Origin: an uncultured virus (IMG/VR IMGVR_UViG_3300020048_000102)
Lineage: Duplodnaviria > Heunggongvirae > Uroviricota > Caudoviricetes
DNA length: 64,000 nucleotides
Strand: one strand, 5' to 3'
Virus record (IMG/VR): IMGVR_UViG_3300020048_000102
The position numbers were made by a program, and so were the translations under genes. Positions 16,583 to 27,501 of this stretch are shown piece by piece. The notes under the pieces were generated by a model. That model saw nothing but the letters and a program-made list of their open reading frames with translations. It searched no databases and was not told the DNA's origin. How positions within the stretch are numbered: position 1 is the stretch's first letter; each line of letters starts with the position of its first letter.

Positions 16583-18976
16583 TTAGAGTCTGCCTACTAC
16601 TACTTCGATAACACCCTCGCCACCTGGATGATCTTCCAGTGCTTTACCGATGATAGTTCCAATTTTAGGATTATGGGTTGCCCTGGCAAAACCATAGCCG
16701 GCGCTACATAGTAAATCGCCCTTGTGTATTATGCCTCGAACTCGACACGGAACTCTGCCTACAAGAGCTAGAGTTACCACTGATTCTCCCTGACAGTCGT
16801 CATTCATGATGTAGGCAGGATCAGTCGATACTACTCCAGCCACCCGACGTGTTTCATCTTCAGCTATGGTTACTTCCCATTGGCCACCAAACTCCAACAC
16901 TGTACCAGGAGCATAATCCTGATCTGCTCGATATTTTTCGGCCAAGTCAGCGTATGTTGCTCGTAATCTTGAACCGGAACCCAGTGACCAGTTGCCAATA
17001 ATTGTACCGACGGTTGTAGGTGCACCGGTTGTCAGAGTAGTAGTCTGGACACTGGACGTTGCGACAACGTTGGCACCACTGATATTGTTACTAATAACAG
17101 CGTTCGCTGCTGTTACGCTGGCGTTTGCTACTAGTGTTCCTCCGGTAATGGTACTGTTTGCACTAATATTTACGCTGGCGGTAACGTTGCCCAAAACGGT
17201 TAATAAATTTGTAGCAGTGTTGAACGTCAATCTACTACTAGCGTCAAATTGATCGCCGGTATTGTATTGTATCTGTCCGGTTGCGCCGGCTGCTTCTAAC
17301 GGAGTTTGAGTAGCGTTGGTGATTTGACCTTCACTGTTGATAACTAGTGTAGGAACTTGACGACTATTACCGTATGTGCCGGCTATTACGCCAGTAGGAG
17401 CAATACTAAATTCTGTTCCCGCTAGGTCAAGTCCAGTTCCAGCAGTGTATTCTCCTGCCTGGGATACCTGGTGGAACTTAACGGGACTTGTTCCTACTAT
17501 TAATACCTCGGTTACCAGCACCCAGCCGGTATTGGCATACTGTGTGCCGTTATCGACGAACAGGAATGTTCCCTCTGGCCACTCGGTTTCAGGGGAATCT
17601 TGGTCGGCATCTGGACTACGTGTAATAACTAGCCCCGGGGCAGTCCATATATAGACGCCGTTGAAGGCCTCGTTTGCCTGACCATTGATTAGTATCCTGT
17701 CACCCTCTAGTATCGTGTAACCGTCAATCACGGTCAACGGATTACTCATAGTAAGCGTAGCACCTACACCACTGGCGCCGTTATCATACGTAACTGTTCC
17801 GCCTGTAATCGATTCTAGCGTTGGAATTGCGACACATTCTGCTGGGAATTTTGGTCTGATTCCCTGTGCTAATAAATCAACATAGTGTTTACTGGTAGCT
17901 TCATCTGCTTGTAGTGGCAATAGTGACATGTTGGCAATAAGGGTATTACCGACATCCACGATGCCGCCTGGACCTGTTGGCCATAGATAGACATTATTAT
18001 TTGAGCCAATCGCACGAATGTGTATGTCACCGGTTCTACTGTAGATATCATCAGTGATAACATTTGCGTTAGAGGTAATATTCCCGCTAACCGTCAAGTT
18101 ACCATCATTGATAAAGTCGCCCTCGTGTATGATATCGCCATCGATAGTAAGATTGTTCAATACTAAGATATTATTGGCTTGCAAGTTACCTGCGTAGTTT
18201 GGTAAATAATTTGCAACGTTAGCGTTTGAATATTGATCGGGAAGATTAAACAATAAACTAGCATCACCAATAAAGAAGTTGGCTATTACTGAGTTTCCTA
18301 GTTGAGCATTTCCGGCTGATAAGTTACCCGTGTATGTTGGCAAGTATGTCGCTACGTTTGCGTTTGAGTACGTACCCGCTGTTACGTTACTTAAAAATCC
18401 GCCGTCACCAATAAAGTATGTCGCCGCTATGTTACCGGTCGCTGATACATTTCCCGGAGATAAGTTACCAGTGTATGTTGGAAGATAGTTTGCTACGTTT
18501 GAGTTACTGTAACTTCCTGTTCCACTGATGTTGCTTAACAGTCCGCCGTCACCGATAAAAAACTGTGCCTGAACGTTTCCGCCAACTGTTACGGCGTTAG
18601 TAGCGGGATTAAATGTAAAAGAGGGACTACCTGCAAACGCGGAGTTAAAGTTGTATTGAATAGCAGTATTGGGTCCGCCTGGTGGTAGGCCACCGTTACC
18701 GCCTCCGGTTCCTACCGGAGTCCAATTAGCAACTAAGTTAGCGCTAGTATTGAGATTTAGTTCTCCGGTAGCAGTATTGTACCATGTTTGTCCTGGAATA
18801 GGATTAGCTGGAGGATTGGGTGCCGCGAAGTTCTCTAGTAATGATACGAAGTTTTGATCAACGGGTGAACCGTATCCCTCGTAGTTAAGTCCGGGGATAC
18901 TTAAACTAGTTTGAGTATTCAGTGTAGTATCAGTAACTACAATAGTTCCTAGTGAATAAGTTAATATGTATGCCAT
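16583..18976 (-). CDS. Tail fibre/spike protein with C-terminal autoproteolytic chaperone-like (peptidase G2-type) domain
   Basis: N-terminal anchor (LLENFA...PIPGQTWY) shared with 19398.. and 38211..; YSNANVANYLPxYxG repeats; C-terminal YADLAEKY...GVVSTDPAYIMN...ALVGRVPCRV...IIGKALE. Confidence 0.8.
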   Translation of the reverse strand: MAYILTYSLGTIVVTDTTLNTQTSLSIPGLNYEGYGSPVDQNFVSLLENFAAPNPPANPIPGQTWYNTATGELNLNTSANLVANWTPVGTGGGNGGLPPGGPNTAIQYNFNSAFAGSPSFTFNPATNAVTVGGNVQAQFFIGDGGLLSNISGTGSYSNSNVANYLPTYTGNLSPGNVSATGNIAATYFIGDGGFLSNVTAGTYSNANVATYLPTYTGNLSAGNAQLGNSVIANFFIGDASLLFNLPDQYSNANVANYLPNYAGNLQANNILVLNNLTIDGDIIHEGDFINDGNLTVSGNITSNANVITDDIYSRTGDIHIRAIGSNNNVYLWPTGPGGIVDVGNTLIANMSLLPLQADEATSKHYVDLLAQGIRPKFPAECVAIPTLESITGGTVTYDNGASGVGATLTMSNPLTVIDGYTILEGDRILINGQANEAFNGVYIWTAPGLVITRSPDADQDSPETEWPEGTFLFVDNGTQYANTGWVLVTEVLIVGTSPVKFHQVSQAGEYTAGTGLDLAGTEFSIAPTGVIAGTYGNSRQVPTLVINSEGQITNATQTPLEAAGATGQIQYNTGDQFDASSRLTFNTATNLLTVLGNVTASVNISANSTITGGTLVANASVTAANAVISNNISGANVVATSSVQTTTLTTGAPTTVGTIIGNWSLGSGSRLRATYADLAEKYRADQDYAPGTVLEFGGQWEVTIAEDETRRVAGVVSTDPAYIMNDDCQGESVVTLALVGRVPCRVRGIIHKGDLLCSAGYGFARATHNPKIGTIIGKALEDHPGGEGVIEVVVGRL

Positions 18977-19009
18977 GTTTCTTCCAGTGTTGTTGTATTT
19001 ATCGAGGTT

Positions 19010-19174
19010 TTAGTTTTTTTCTGTAATCAAGTTTTCATCTACTACGGGAACATCTGCCCAACCACCACGATAACCAACTGTTGTATTCACATATCGTATT
19101 TGAAGTCGTTGTGTTCCGTCTGGCTGTCGTAATATTCTAAACTCTGGAACACTGTTTGGATAAATGTTACTCAT
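19010..19174 (-). CDS. Small hypothetical protein of the fibre operon
   Basis: Likely start MSNIYPNS, overlapping the end of the upstream gene. Confidence 0.55.
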   Translation of the reverse strand: MSNIYPNSVPEFRILRQPDGTQRLQIRYVNTTVGYRGGWADVPVVDENLITEKN

Positions 19175-19382
19175 TTGTTGGTGGTGGAACGTATGGCGAT
19201 ATTGGCCCGTATTCTCCTGCTTGGGCACGATAGTATAAATCAGGACCGTACTCGGTTATATCATTGGGATTAGCAGTGAATGGTATCTCATGCGCCATCT
19301 CAACAAACTTGACCACTAAGTTGATGACACTATTACTGGCATTACCATATATCGGATCTCGTGCGCTTTGAATTGTTAACAT
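19167..19382 (-). CDS. Putative tail-fibre assembly chaperone
   Basis: Directly after a fibre gene; IPFTANPNDITEYGPDLY..AQAGEYGPISPY resembles small phage fibre-associated proteins; AGGAG SD. Confidence 0.6.
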   Translation of the reverse strand: MLTIQSARDPIYGNASNSVINLVVKFVEMAHEIPFTANPNDITEYGPDLYYRAQAGEYGPISPYVPPPTNE

Positions 19383-19397
19383 TATTTTCTCCTGTGT

Positions 19398-22181
19398 TTA
19401 TGCTATTCTGAGCCATAGTGTTACTGTGTTAATATAGCCAACGTTGAATACATTTAAATTCGAGGGTGCATATCCGCAAATTTGCCAGGTTCCTACGTTA
19501 ATAGCTCCTCCGTTTAAGATTACGCTATCAGTACTTTGTTCGAAGTTGGCACCAAACCCTGACCATAGTAGTTGAGAACCTGCTATAGTCGCGCCTGGTG
19601 TTAATGTGGGCAACCCTGTAGTATCGAGCCAGCCCATAGCATACGAGCCTACGTCTGAGAATGTTCCGCCTGGGCCGGGCGGCCCTTGAATTCCTTGTGG
19701 TCCCTGTGCACCCGTTGCACCTGCTGGTCCTGGGTCTCCTTGTGGTCCCTGTGCACCCGTAGCACCTGCTGGTCCTGGGTCTCCTTGTGGTCCCTGTGCA
19801 CCCGTAGCACCTGCTGGTCCTGGGTCTCCTTGTGGTCCCTGTGGTCCTGGTTGACCTACAATGCCGGTTAATTGACTGCCGTTACCCACAAAATTTAAAG
19901 CTTGAATATTTCCAGTAGTGTTAATATCTTCGCTGCCGGTATTTAAAATTACAGGTTCACCGTTAATTTGTAACTGTGAACCGTCCGTTGATAATATAGA
20001 GTTACCTAAATAGATAGTATTTCCACTCAAATATAGTTCGTTCCAGCGATTAGCGTTAGATCCTAGATTGTATGTAATGTCGGCAGACGGTATAATATTT
20101 CCTGCTAGACCGGTATTGAGTAGAGAGATGACATCAGCGTTGCTATATCCATTTCCCCCGCTAATATTAGAGAGTAATCCACCATCGCCAATAAAAAAAT
20201 CGGCGGTAACATTACCGTTAGCAACAACATTATTGGCTGTGATGTTACCAGTGTAACTTTGTAGTAGCGCAGTCACGTTGCTGTTACCGTAGCTACCGAC
20301 TACATTTGATAGAAAACGTCCATCGCCTATAAAGAAGTTTGCTTGTGCCGCATTACCTAGTTGAGCGTTACCACTAGTAATATTTCCAGTAACTGTAACA
20401 CTGTTACTAGCCGTAACAATGTTAGCGTTTAATCTGTCACCTGCTGTTATGTTACCTGCACTAAGTGAGCCAGATACAGTAACGTTACCGTCGCTGTTTA
20501 AATTTCCTTCTAGTACGATATCAGACTCTACAGTTAAATTGCCAGTAACCGTAACATTGTTACTCAATATGTTACCAGTGTACACCGGTAAGTAATTTGC
20601 TACGTTGCTATTACTGTAGTTAGTTCCTGAACTTACATTTGTTAAAAAGCCTCCGTCTCCCAAGAAGTACGTAGCCGCTACATTTCCACTAACTGTTAAT
20701 ATTTGAGTAGAATCATTGTATGTTAAATTGGCACTGCCAGCAAACTGGTCGGAATTATTGTACTGTATTTGAGTATTGGCTCCTGCTGCCTCAACAGGCT
20801 CAGTAGTGATGTTAGTTAATTGTCCCTGATCATTAACTGTTATCTGAGGAACTAGTCTTCCGTTGCCGTATGTTCCTTGAGTTACACCGGTATTGGCTAT
20901 ACTAATAGTTGTGCCTGTGATATCAATTCCGGTTCCGGCAGAATATGATCCGGCTTGAGCAATTTGATGCCATGTTTGGGGATCTATGCCAACCGTAGTT
21001 ATTTGAGTTATCAATACCCAACCTGTATCGGCTTTCGAGGCGCCACTATCTACGAATACAAACGTACCATCCGGTAATTCTGCTGCCACCGCAGCATCGA
21101 TAGCACGTGTCATAATCCAGGCACTTGATACTGAACCAGTATTGGTAACGGTGTAAATTCCGTTTTCCAACGCCGATGTTTGACTATCAACTAGTATTCT
21201 ATCTCCCACTGCAGGATTAAAACCATCAACAGTTAGTACTGAATTGACTGTAGATGTTAGTGTCGCGCCGGCGCCGTCATTTCCTACACCATTAAAATAG
21301 GTCGCAGATAAGTTTGTGGTAGTAGCGTATTCACACGGAAACTTAGGCTTAATACCCTGTCCTACTAAGTCAACATAGTATTTGCTTGTAGCGTCAGTTG
21401 CAGAGACAGGTATTTGAATGAGGTTAGCAATTCTAGTATTTCCGGCATCAATTAGTCCTATAGGACCGGTAGGATTAAGATAGATGTTACCACTTGTACC
21501 CTGTGCACTGATTGTAATATCTCCGGTTCTACTAGTTAAACTATCACTGACTAATCCGGTATTGGCTTGTACATTTCCACTGGCGATAACATTTCCGTCA
21601 TTAATAACGTTGCCTTCATGTATGATATCGTTCTGAACTGTTAGATTTCCTGATACCGTCAATTCGCTTACCGACATGACGCCGTTATAAAACGGCAAGT
21701 AGTTTGCTACGTTACTATTACTGTAGTTGCTAAGGTTGCTAAGAAGTCCGCCGTCGCCTAGAAATACAGTAGCAGCCACTGTGCCGTTTATCAATAGAGA
21801 GTTGTTAGCAGCATTCCATGTAAAAGAACTATTTCCGTTTAAATTTCCGCCATCGTTAAATTGCACCGAACTGTTAGGACCACCTGGAGAACTTCCTCCG
21901 TTGCCGCTACCAACTGAACTCCAGATGGGAACGGTATTACCGCTAACATTTAATTTTAATATTTTCGAATCATTGTCGAACCATAATTGTCCTGGTATGG
22001 CACGAGGTGGCGGTTGAACATTGGCAAAATTTTCCAACATTGACAGCATGTTCTGATCAACCGGTGCACCGTATTGAACATAGTTGTTGCCCGGTAAACT
22101 CAGTGAAGTTTCTGTGTTTAGACTGGCCTGAGTTACTACTATGTTACCCAGTGAATAGCGTAGGACAAATGTTGATGACAT
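19398..22181 (-). CDS. Tail fibre protein with collagen-like segment
   Basis: Shared anchor N-terminus (MLENFA...PGQLWFD), [11 protein letters not shown] repeats, Gly-X-Y run near the C-terminus, C-terminal TLWLRIA. Confidence 0.85.
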   Translation of the reverse strand: MSSTFVLRYSLGNIVVTQASLNTETSLSLPGNNYVQYGAPVDQNMLSMLENFANVQPPPRAIPGQLWFDNDSKILKLNVSGNTVPIWSSVGSGNGGSSPGGPNSSVQFNDGGNLNGNSSFTWNAANNSLLINGTVAATVFLGDGGLLSNLSNYSNSNVANYLPFYNGVMSVSELTVSGNLTVQNDIIHEGNVINDGNVIASGNVQANTGLVSDSLTSRTGDITISAQGTSGNIYLNPTGPIGLIDAGNTRIANLIQIPVSATDATSKYYVDLVGQGIKPKFPCEYATTTNLSATYFNGVGNDGAGATLTSTVNSVLTVDGFNPAVGDRILVDSQTSALENGIYTVTNTGSVSSAWIMTRAIDAAVAAELPDGTFVFVDSGASKADTGWVLITQITTVGIDPQTWHQIAQAGSYSAGTGIDITGTTISIANTGVTQGTYGNGRLVPQITVNDQGQLTNITTEPVEAAGANTQIQYNNSDQFAGSANLTYNDSTQILTVSGNVAATYFLGDGGFLTNVSSGTNYSNSNVANYLPVYTGNILSNNVTVTGNLTVESDIVLEGNLNSDGNVTVSGSLSAGNITAGDRLNANIVTASNSVTVTGNITSGNAQLGNAAQANFFIGDGRFLSNVVGSYGNSNVTALLQSYTGNITANNVVANGNVTADFFIGDGGLLSNISGGNGYSNADVISLLNTGLAGNIIPSADITYNLGSNANRWNELYLSGNTIYLGNSILSTDGSQLQINGEPVILNTGSEDINTTGNIQALNFVGNGSQLTGIVGQPGPQGPQGDPGPAGATGAQGPQGDPGPAGATGAQGPQGDPGPAGATGAQGPQGIQGPPGPGGTFSDVGSYAMGWLDTTGLPTLTPGATIAGSQLLWSGFGANFEQSTDSVILNGGAINVGTWQICGYAPSNLNVFNVGYINTVTLWLRIA
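19692..19843 (-). repeat. 45-bp tandem repeat encoding collagen-like [15 protein letters not shown] (~3.4 copies)
   Basis: Period 45 (19692, 19737, 19782, 19827), near-identical copies. Confidence 0.9.
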
Positions 22182-22196
22182 CGTGATTCTCTCATG

Positions 22197-24764
22197 TTAT
22201 CTAGTATTTATCTTTAGATTATCATGATGATGTCGGCCTAGATCACTGATTATAGGAACAGACAGATATGTAATATAGTTCACGCCGTGTGGGTAGTCCT
22301 CCAATCTAGATATGCCAGTATGCTGTAATCTAAATTCACTCAGGTCGACAAGAAATGTATCACCCATTTTTTCCTTCTGTTGATTTCGAATATTAGCGAA
22401 TCTATGTATTCTTTTTCTCATGAACGGATCCGGAGTCCAACTAAAGTCAAACTCAGAGTAATCACAATAACTACTACAGACCCACGTAAGTTGTTCATGT
22501 TGAATCGCGTAGTTTGGGATCGTGGCAAACCAGTCGGCCAGTGAATCGAGATAGTTGTTTCTGTATGGTATTACGGTTATTCTATTAGAATCTACAACTG
22601 TTTTAAGATGTTCTAATGTGGAACTATTGTCGCCGTGATCAATATATAATATATCAAATAAGTAATCAGTCAATACAGTGTTCTTGCCTCTGACATGGTA
22701 GATATTTGGCAAATGTTCTATTGTTTTGATGTACTTGGTATCCTCGTCAAAGGTCTCTCTGTTGATCAGATATGTATTACCCCAGTGGCTCCACTGAGTA
22801 CCAAATACATGTACCTTGTCTCGATTCCAACTAGCGGGATAATAATCAAACTTAAAACTACTATAATCAACCTCACTAGATAGTATCCACACATAACGGC
22901 TGTTTGCTTTTCGTAAACATCTAGATACCGTGTCTACCCAGCTATTTAGATACCTAGTCTTCTGTAATCTAGGGTATCTCTGTAGAAGTTCTTGATATCT
23001 ATCCATACTGCTTTTGTTTCCTCTGACGATGTAAAACATATCGATGTCAGTGACGATATCTACCTCGTGGTCCTCAACATAATTTATCTCCCTATGTCCA
23101 GCAAGATATGCCGGCGAGTTGATATAATACGTACCAGTATCTTTACTGAGTTTATTTCCGAACACATTGATGTGGGTAAAGTTCTCGGCTCCTGGGCGCC
23201 AGGTAAAGTCAAAATTTCTATAGTCCAGATCACGATTTAATGCCCAGAACATTTCACCTGGATGCAGTTCAATAAGATCCTTCAACGTAGTTTCAATCCA
23301 GTAGATCGGGGTCTGGCCGATCGTATCATTATGGTTATAACCAGTGTCTATCTCCATCAACACGATATCAGTTGCATGCTCAACTGTGTAAATTGGTCCG
23401 CCGGATTGCCATTGATATATTTGAGGAGGACTAAATGGATTAGGTCGCCAGCTAAAATCAAATTTGTAATTCCACTGATTGTCCGGCACTGTCCAGTTAG
23501 TCATGTCAGGTAGTACCTTACACACTTGTTCGGTCATGTACTTGTATTCAGTTGCTTCTGGCATCCGATACTCTACAGTGGGCTCGGTTGCTGCCTCATT
23601 CCACTGATTTCCCCATACGTAGATGAACGGTGGTTCATGTGGATTAGGACGCCAGCTGAAGTCAAATGAGTCCGGGTCGATAGGAATTAGTACTTGCCAG
23701 TTGTCTGGATTAGATTTAACCCTTGGAGTAAAATCTGCCATGTACTTGTATTCAGTTGCTCCTGGCATCCGATACTCTACAGTGGGCTCGGTTGCTGCCT
23801 CATTCCACTGATTTCCCCATACGTAGATGAACGGTGGTTCATGTGGATTAGGACGCCAGCTGAAGTCAAATGAGTCCGGGTCGATAGGAATTAGTACTTG
23901 CCAGTTGTCTGGATTAGATTTAACCCTTGGAGTAAAATCTGCCATGTACTTGTATTCAGTTGCTCCTGGCATCCGATACTCTACAGTGGGCTCGGTTGCT
24001 GCCTCATTCCACTGATTTCCCCATACGTAGATGAACGGTGGTTCATGTGGATTAGGACGCCAGCTGAAGTCAAATGAGTCCGGGTCGATAGGAATTAGTA
24101 CTTGCCAGTTGTCTGGATTAGATTTAACCCTTGGAGTAAAATCTGCCATGTACTTGTATTCAGTTGCTCCTGGCATCCGATACTCTACAGTGGGCTCGGT
24201 TGCTGCCTCATTCCACTGATTTCCCCATACGTAGATGAACGGTGGTTCGTACAAATCGGGGCACCACGAGCGATTCCACCCATGATTTTCAATCGGTATT
24301 AATTCGTTCCAAAATTCTTTCTTGCCTACTAGCATGGCGGTCAGCGAGGTGGAGTGCTTTCTTTCGACTGCGCCGGAGACCCGATACTCTACCGTGGGCA
24401 TTTCATATGAGTCACGATATTGATTTCCAAACGTCCAGATAAATGCAGGCTCAGTGTCATCCGGATGCCAACTCCAATCGAACTCAACATCATAATCATC
24501 CACGACAACTGTGAACATAGAACGATCTGGCAATCTTTTCGCTGACATGTGAGATTGATACTTGATGCCCTCATTATCTGGAATGACAAATCTCGGGCCA
24601 CCAGTTCGCTGCCACTGAGTTCCAAATTGATGTATGTAAGGTCGGTCAAATTTGAGCGGTCTCCAATCAAAATCAAAGTCACTGGTATCCAGTCCATCCG
24701 GAACTTCCCAATAACCTTGTTCCCACAGCACCGCTCTACGTTCGATTTCTTGTTTATCTATCAT
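22197..24764 (-). CDS. Trp/Pro-rich repeat protein (FDFSWxP repeats), glycosyltransferase-associated or GT-like
   Basis: Many FDF(S/D/T)W(R/H/T)P...IYxWGxQW units; the C-terminal part resembles degenerate GT-A modules; lies in the glycan island. Confidence 0.6.
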   Translation of the reverse strand: MIDKQEIERRAVLWEQGYWEVPDGLDTSDFDFDWRPLKFDRPYIHQFGTQWQRTGGPRFVIPDNEGIKYQSHMSAKRLPDRSMFTVVVDDYDVEFDWSWHPDDTEPAFIWTFGNQYRDSYEMPTVEYRVSGAVERKHSTSLTAMLVGKKEFWNELIPIENHGWNRSWCPDLYEPPFIYVWGNQWNEAATEPTVEYRMPGATEYKYMADFTPRVKSNPDNWQVLIPIDPDSFDFSWRPNPHEPPFIYVWGNQWNEAATEPTVEYRMPGATEYKYMADFTPRVKSNPDNWQVLIPIDPDSFDFSWRPNPHEPPFIYVWGNQWNEAATEPTVEYRMPGATEYKYMADFTPRVKSNPDNWQVLIPIDPDSFDFSWRPNPHEPPFIYVWGNQWNEAATEPTVEYRMPEATEYKYMTEQVCKVLPDMTNWTVPDNQWNYKFDFSWRPNPFSPPQIYQWQSGGPIYTVEHATDIVLMEIDTGYNHNDTIGQTPIYWIETTLKDLIELHPGEMFWALNRDLDYRNFDFTWRPGAENFTHINVFGNKLSKDTGTYYINSPAYLAGHREINYVEDHEVDIVTDIDMFYIVRGNKSSMDRYQELLQRYPRLQKTRYLNSWVDTVSRCLRKANSRYVWILSSEVDYSSFKFDYYPASWNRDKVHVFGTQWSHWGNTYLINRETFDEDTKYIKTIEHLPNIYHVRGKNTVLTDYLFDILYIDHGDNSSTLEHLKTVVDSNRITVIPYRNNYLDSLADWFATIPNYAIQHEQLTWVCSSYCDYSEFDFSWTPDPFMRKRIHRFANIRNQQKEKMGDTFLVDLSEFRLQHTGISRLEDYPHGVNYITYLSVPIISDLGRHHHDNLKINTR
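23535..24248 (-). repeat. 204-bp near-perfect tandem repeat (3.5 copies, 68-aa unit)
   Basis: Period 204 (23535, 23739, 23943, 24147); only one difference noticed, at 23557. Confidence 0.95.
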
Positions 24765-24809
24765 GACTTTATTTACTGGCTTTTAGCACCTTCAATAAAT
24801 AAATTCACG

Positions 24810-25544
24810 ATGATACAAATATACTCTTTCAAGTGGGGAAACAAATATGGACCGGAATATGTCAATCGACTATATGGGTCATTAGTCAAAAACTGTAGTC
24901 TACCGTTTACTTATACTTGTATTACCGATGATAGTGTTGGTATTCGTCCTGAAGTCAAGATAATTGATTATCAGACCTGGGATCCATTTCCGTATACAAA
25001 AGATCGTGTTTTTACTAGAGAGAAAATAGTTTTGTTTGATCGTAGCACGGCTGAGTTCAACGCCTGGATTGATCTAGATGTACTGATTCACAATGATATC
25101 ACTGATATTCTGACCAGACGAACTGACAATTTTACTATGATATTCAATCACTGGTTTGACTTACAAAAAAAATCACTTCAATGGTATGGCAAGGGTGCCA
25201 GCTGTCATATAAATAGCTCATTTGTTCAATGGAACGGCACAAACGCTCGTTGGCTATATGATTATACCGTACAAAATCAAGAAAAGGTATTTTTTACTTA
25301 TAAGTCACTAGACAAATATCTATTTTATCAACACTATAGACACGGTAGAATTCAATTCTGGGAGCCTAACATAGTATACAATTACAACTATAATGACCCA
25401 CCACATGTTAAATTAGAAGATCACAGAATCGCTATATTCAATACCAGTCATATCAAAAATAATAATTTACAACACGACGCGCTGGAACTTCACGATGCCG
25501 TAGGCTGGGCTAGAGATTTATGGGAGTCATATGATACCGTCTGA
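24810..25544 (+). CDS. Glycosyltransferase (GT-A fold)
   Basis: KWGNKYGPEYVNRLY...FTYTCITDD, DxD motif WIDLDV, INSSFVQW. Start moved to MIQIYSF after ATAAATA. Confidence 0.75.
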   Translation: MIQIYSFKWGNKYGPEYVNRLYGSLVKNCSLPFTYTCITDDSVGIRPEVKIIDYQTWDPFPYTKDRVFTREKIVLFDRSTAEFNAWIDLDVLIHNDITDILTRRTDNFTMIFNHWFDLQKKSLQWYGKGASCHINSSFVQWNGTNARWLYDYTVQNQEKVFFTYKSLDKYLFYQHYRHGRIQFWEPNIVYNYNYNDPPHVKLEDHRIAIFNTSHIKNNNLQHDALELHDAVGWARDLWESYDTV

Positions 25545-26007
25545 TAACAACATTTCATCAGGTGATAAATTTATGACTCCGTATGAATGGATAATACTGA
25601 GTGACTGTGATATTGTTAGTATGATAGCGCCTGCTGTACTACCGGATTATTATGCTAATCTACGAAATTTGGGCATAGATTATCACTCATATGATTATGA
25701 TCCAAAATTTAATGAAAATCACGAGTATACCGTTGGCGACGCGATATTTGATGACATGGTATTACCTGGCTTATTAGTTAACTTTAACGCTCAAAAAATG
25801 TATCCGATAGGAAAAATTCATACTGGACAGATGATCATCTGTGGTAGTGATCGTGGTCATAATGGAGATTGTAATGTCATTACCAGTTGTGAACAGTTGA
25901 TTGAACAAAATAATATTCACACAGTTTATGGACAGATGACTGCCAATCATAATGGATACAACAAACTAGGCTATACGGTCTATCTAGTATGGGGCCGAAA
26001 CGATTAA
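25531..26007 (+). CDS. Hypothetical protein (possibly degenerate Rossmann/methyltransferase-like)
   Basis: 158 aa, overlaps the GT stop; YDYDP and GDAIFD segments; convergent overlap with the carbamoyltransferase. Confidence 0.55.
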   Translation: MIPSDNNISSGDKFMTPYEWIILSDCDIVSMIAPAVLPDYYANLRNLGIDYHSYDYDPKFNENHEYTVGDAIFDDMVLPGLLVNFNAQKMYPIGKIHTGQMIICGSDRGHNGDCNVITSCEQLIEQNNIHTVYGQMTANHNGYNKLGYTVYLVWGRND

Positions 26008-27500
26008 CTAAATACAGGAATCCCGTACAGATTCTGAAATCTATCCGAATCTGATCTACTATTGACCATGGGCTCACCTCGGATATTTAAACTGGTATTC
26101 AACAGCATTGGACAACCAGTCCTAGAATACCACTCCTCTAGCAGTTGTCTGATTCCACCAGAGGAGGTTTTCTCGACAGTTTGTACCCTACTAGTGCTAT
26201 CACAATGTACGATAGCAGGATATAAGTCAGGGCGGCGGCATACTGCGACTGACTGCATATAAGGACTATGATGCCAACCGGGATACATATCAAAATATTG
26301 GTCAGCAAACTCAGCGAGTATAACCGGAGCAAATGGTCTGAATCTTTGTCTTCGTTTAATATCATTTACACGATCCTTTATTTCTAATCCACGAGGGTCT
26401 GCGAGCAGACTTCTGTTTCCGAGGGCACGTGGCCCGAATTCCGCCCTACCGCTGGCAATGCCACAAATGCCACTATCAAGCAGGTGACCAATAGCGGCAT
26501 CAACAGGATAAGGCCCAGGGATAGTATCACCCAGGTAAGCGTTGTGCCATGTAACACGACCACCGTAAGCCAAAGCAGCGGAGCCAAGACTACTACCAGC
26601 ATCGCCAGGACAAGGCATAATCCAAATATTATCAAAATAATCTCCTAGTAGTCTGTTTGCCAGACAATTAAGTGCTACTCCGCCCATGTAAACTAGATTA
26701 GAACTCCAACCAAAATTACGGGCACGATTCATCACACTAGTGATTAGTTGCTCAGTTACCTGTTGAGTAGCAGCCGCAATGTCGTAATCACTGACTGTCG
26801 ACATAAAGTCAGGGTCGGTGCCGGCATGAAAGTTTTGTTTAAACTCGATACGGTCGACATCGGCTACTGCTCGGTCTAATAGGTAGCTAGCTCGATGTGG
26901 ATCGCCCCAGCCGGCCATGCCCATGAGTATGTACTCCTCGTCAAGCGGCCTGAGGCCTACTCGCTGGGTCATAGCACTGTAGAACAGACCAATACTATCG
27001 GGATAGGTCTGCCGCCACAGTGGACAATATCTAGCCCGGCCTTCGGAATCGTAATCAGCTCCCCAGATGGTTATTGTATCCCACTCACCTATGGCATCGA
27101 TAACAACAACTGTTGCTCGGTCATGGCCGCTGGTCTGAAACCCAGCAGCAGCGTGGCTTAGGTGATGGTCATGGGTACGGAACTGGGTGGCATTCCGTGA
27201 TAGTAGTCGGTAGTTATCCTGGCCAAGGAGGTGCTTGAGACTGAGATTTTTAGGACTGACAAATTGACCACTACGTAGCTGACGTAGATACTTTAGCCAA
27301 GGTCTCTCATAGTAGTTCACTGTATAGGGTTCACCGTCACATAGGGCGATGGCTCGATTGACCATCTCAGTGTTTAGGTCACGATCGTGTTTGATCATAC
27401 TGTAACGCTCACTATGAGCGGCAAATAGAATCTGACCGCCGCTATCGATTAACGATATCGCTGCATCATGAAACCCACAACTTATGCCAATATGCTTCAT
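26004..27500 (-). CDS. O-carbamoyltransferase, NodU/CmcH family
   Basis: GFHDAA, SERYS..KH, HHLSHAA, DAIGE, GGVALNC, PGDAG, EFGPRALGNRS, FRPFAP, LNTSLN..GEPMV. Confidence 0.95.
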   Translation of the reverse strand: MKHIGISCGFHDAAISLIDSGGQILFAAHSERYSMIKHDRDLNTEMVNRAIALCDGEPYTVNYYERPWLKYLRQLRSGQFVSPKNLSLKHLLGQDNYRLLSRNATQFRTHDHHLSHAAAGFQTSGHDRATVVVIDAIGEWDTITIWGADYDSEGRARYCPLWRQTYPDSIGLFYSAMTQRVGLRPLDEEYILMGMAGWGDPHRASYLLDRAVADVDRIEFKQNFHAGTDPDFMSTVSDYDIAAATQQVTEQLITSVMNRARNFGWSSNLVYMGGVALNCLANRLLGDYFDNIWIMPCPGDAGSSLGSAALAYGGRVTWHNAYLGDTIPGPYPVDAAIGHLLDSGICGIASGRAEFGPRALGNRSLLADPRGLEIKDRVNDIKRRQRFRPFAPVILAEFADQYFDMYPGWHHSPYMQSVAVCRRPDLYPAIVHCDSTSRVQTVEKTSSGGIRQLLEEWYSRTGCPMLLNTSLNIRGEPMVNSRSDSDRFQNLYGIPVFS

Positions 27501-27501
27501 A

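Noticed and set aside
19692..19843. GC-rich 45-bp repeat as a mobile or regulatory element
   Set aside because: It is fully explained as collagen Gly-X-Y coding sequence in the fibre gene.
23623..24219. Three identical 62-aa plus-strand ORFs
   Set aside because: They are antisense shadows of the 204-bp repeat within the 855-aa minus-strand gene.
23535..24248. Possible CRISPR array or DGR template/variable repeat pair
   Set aside because: The units are contiguous 204-bp in-frame coding repeats with no unique spacers, no adenine-specific mismatches and no cas or reverse transcriptase gene in the window.
24549..24809. N-terminal 87 codons of the listed 331-aa ORF
   Set aside because: They overlap the divergent 855-aa gene; the GT motif and a promoter support a start at 24810.
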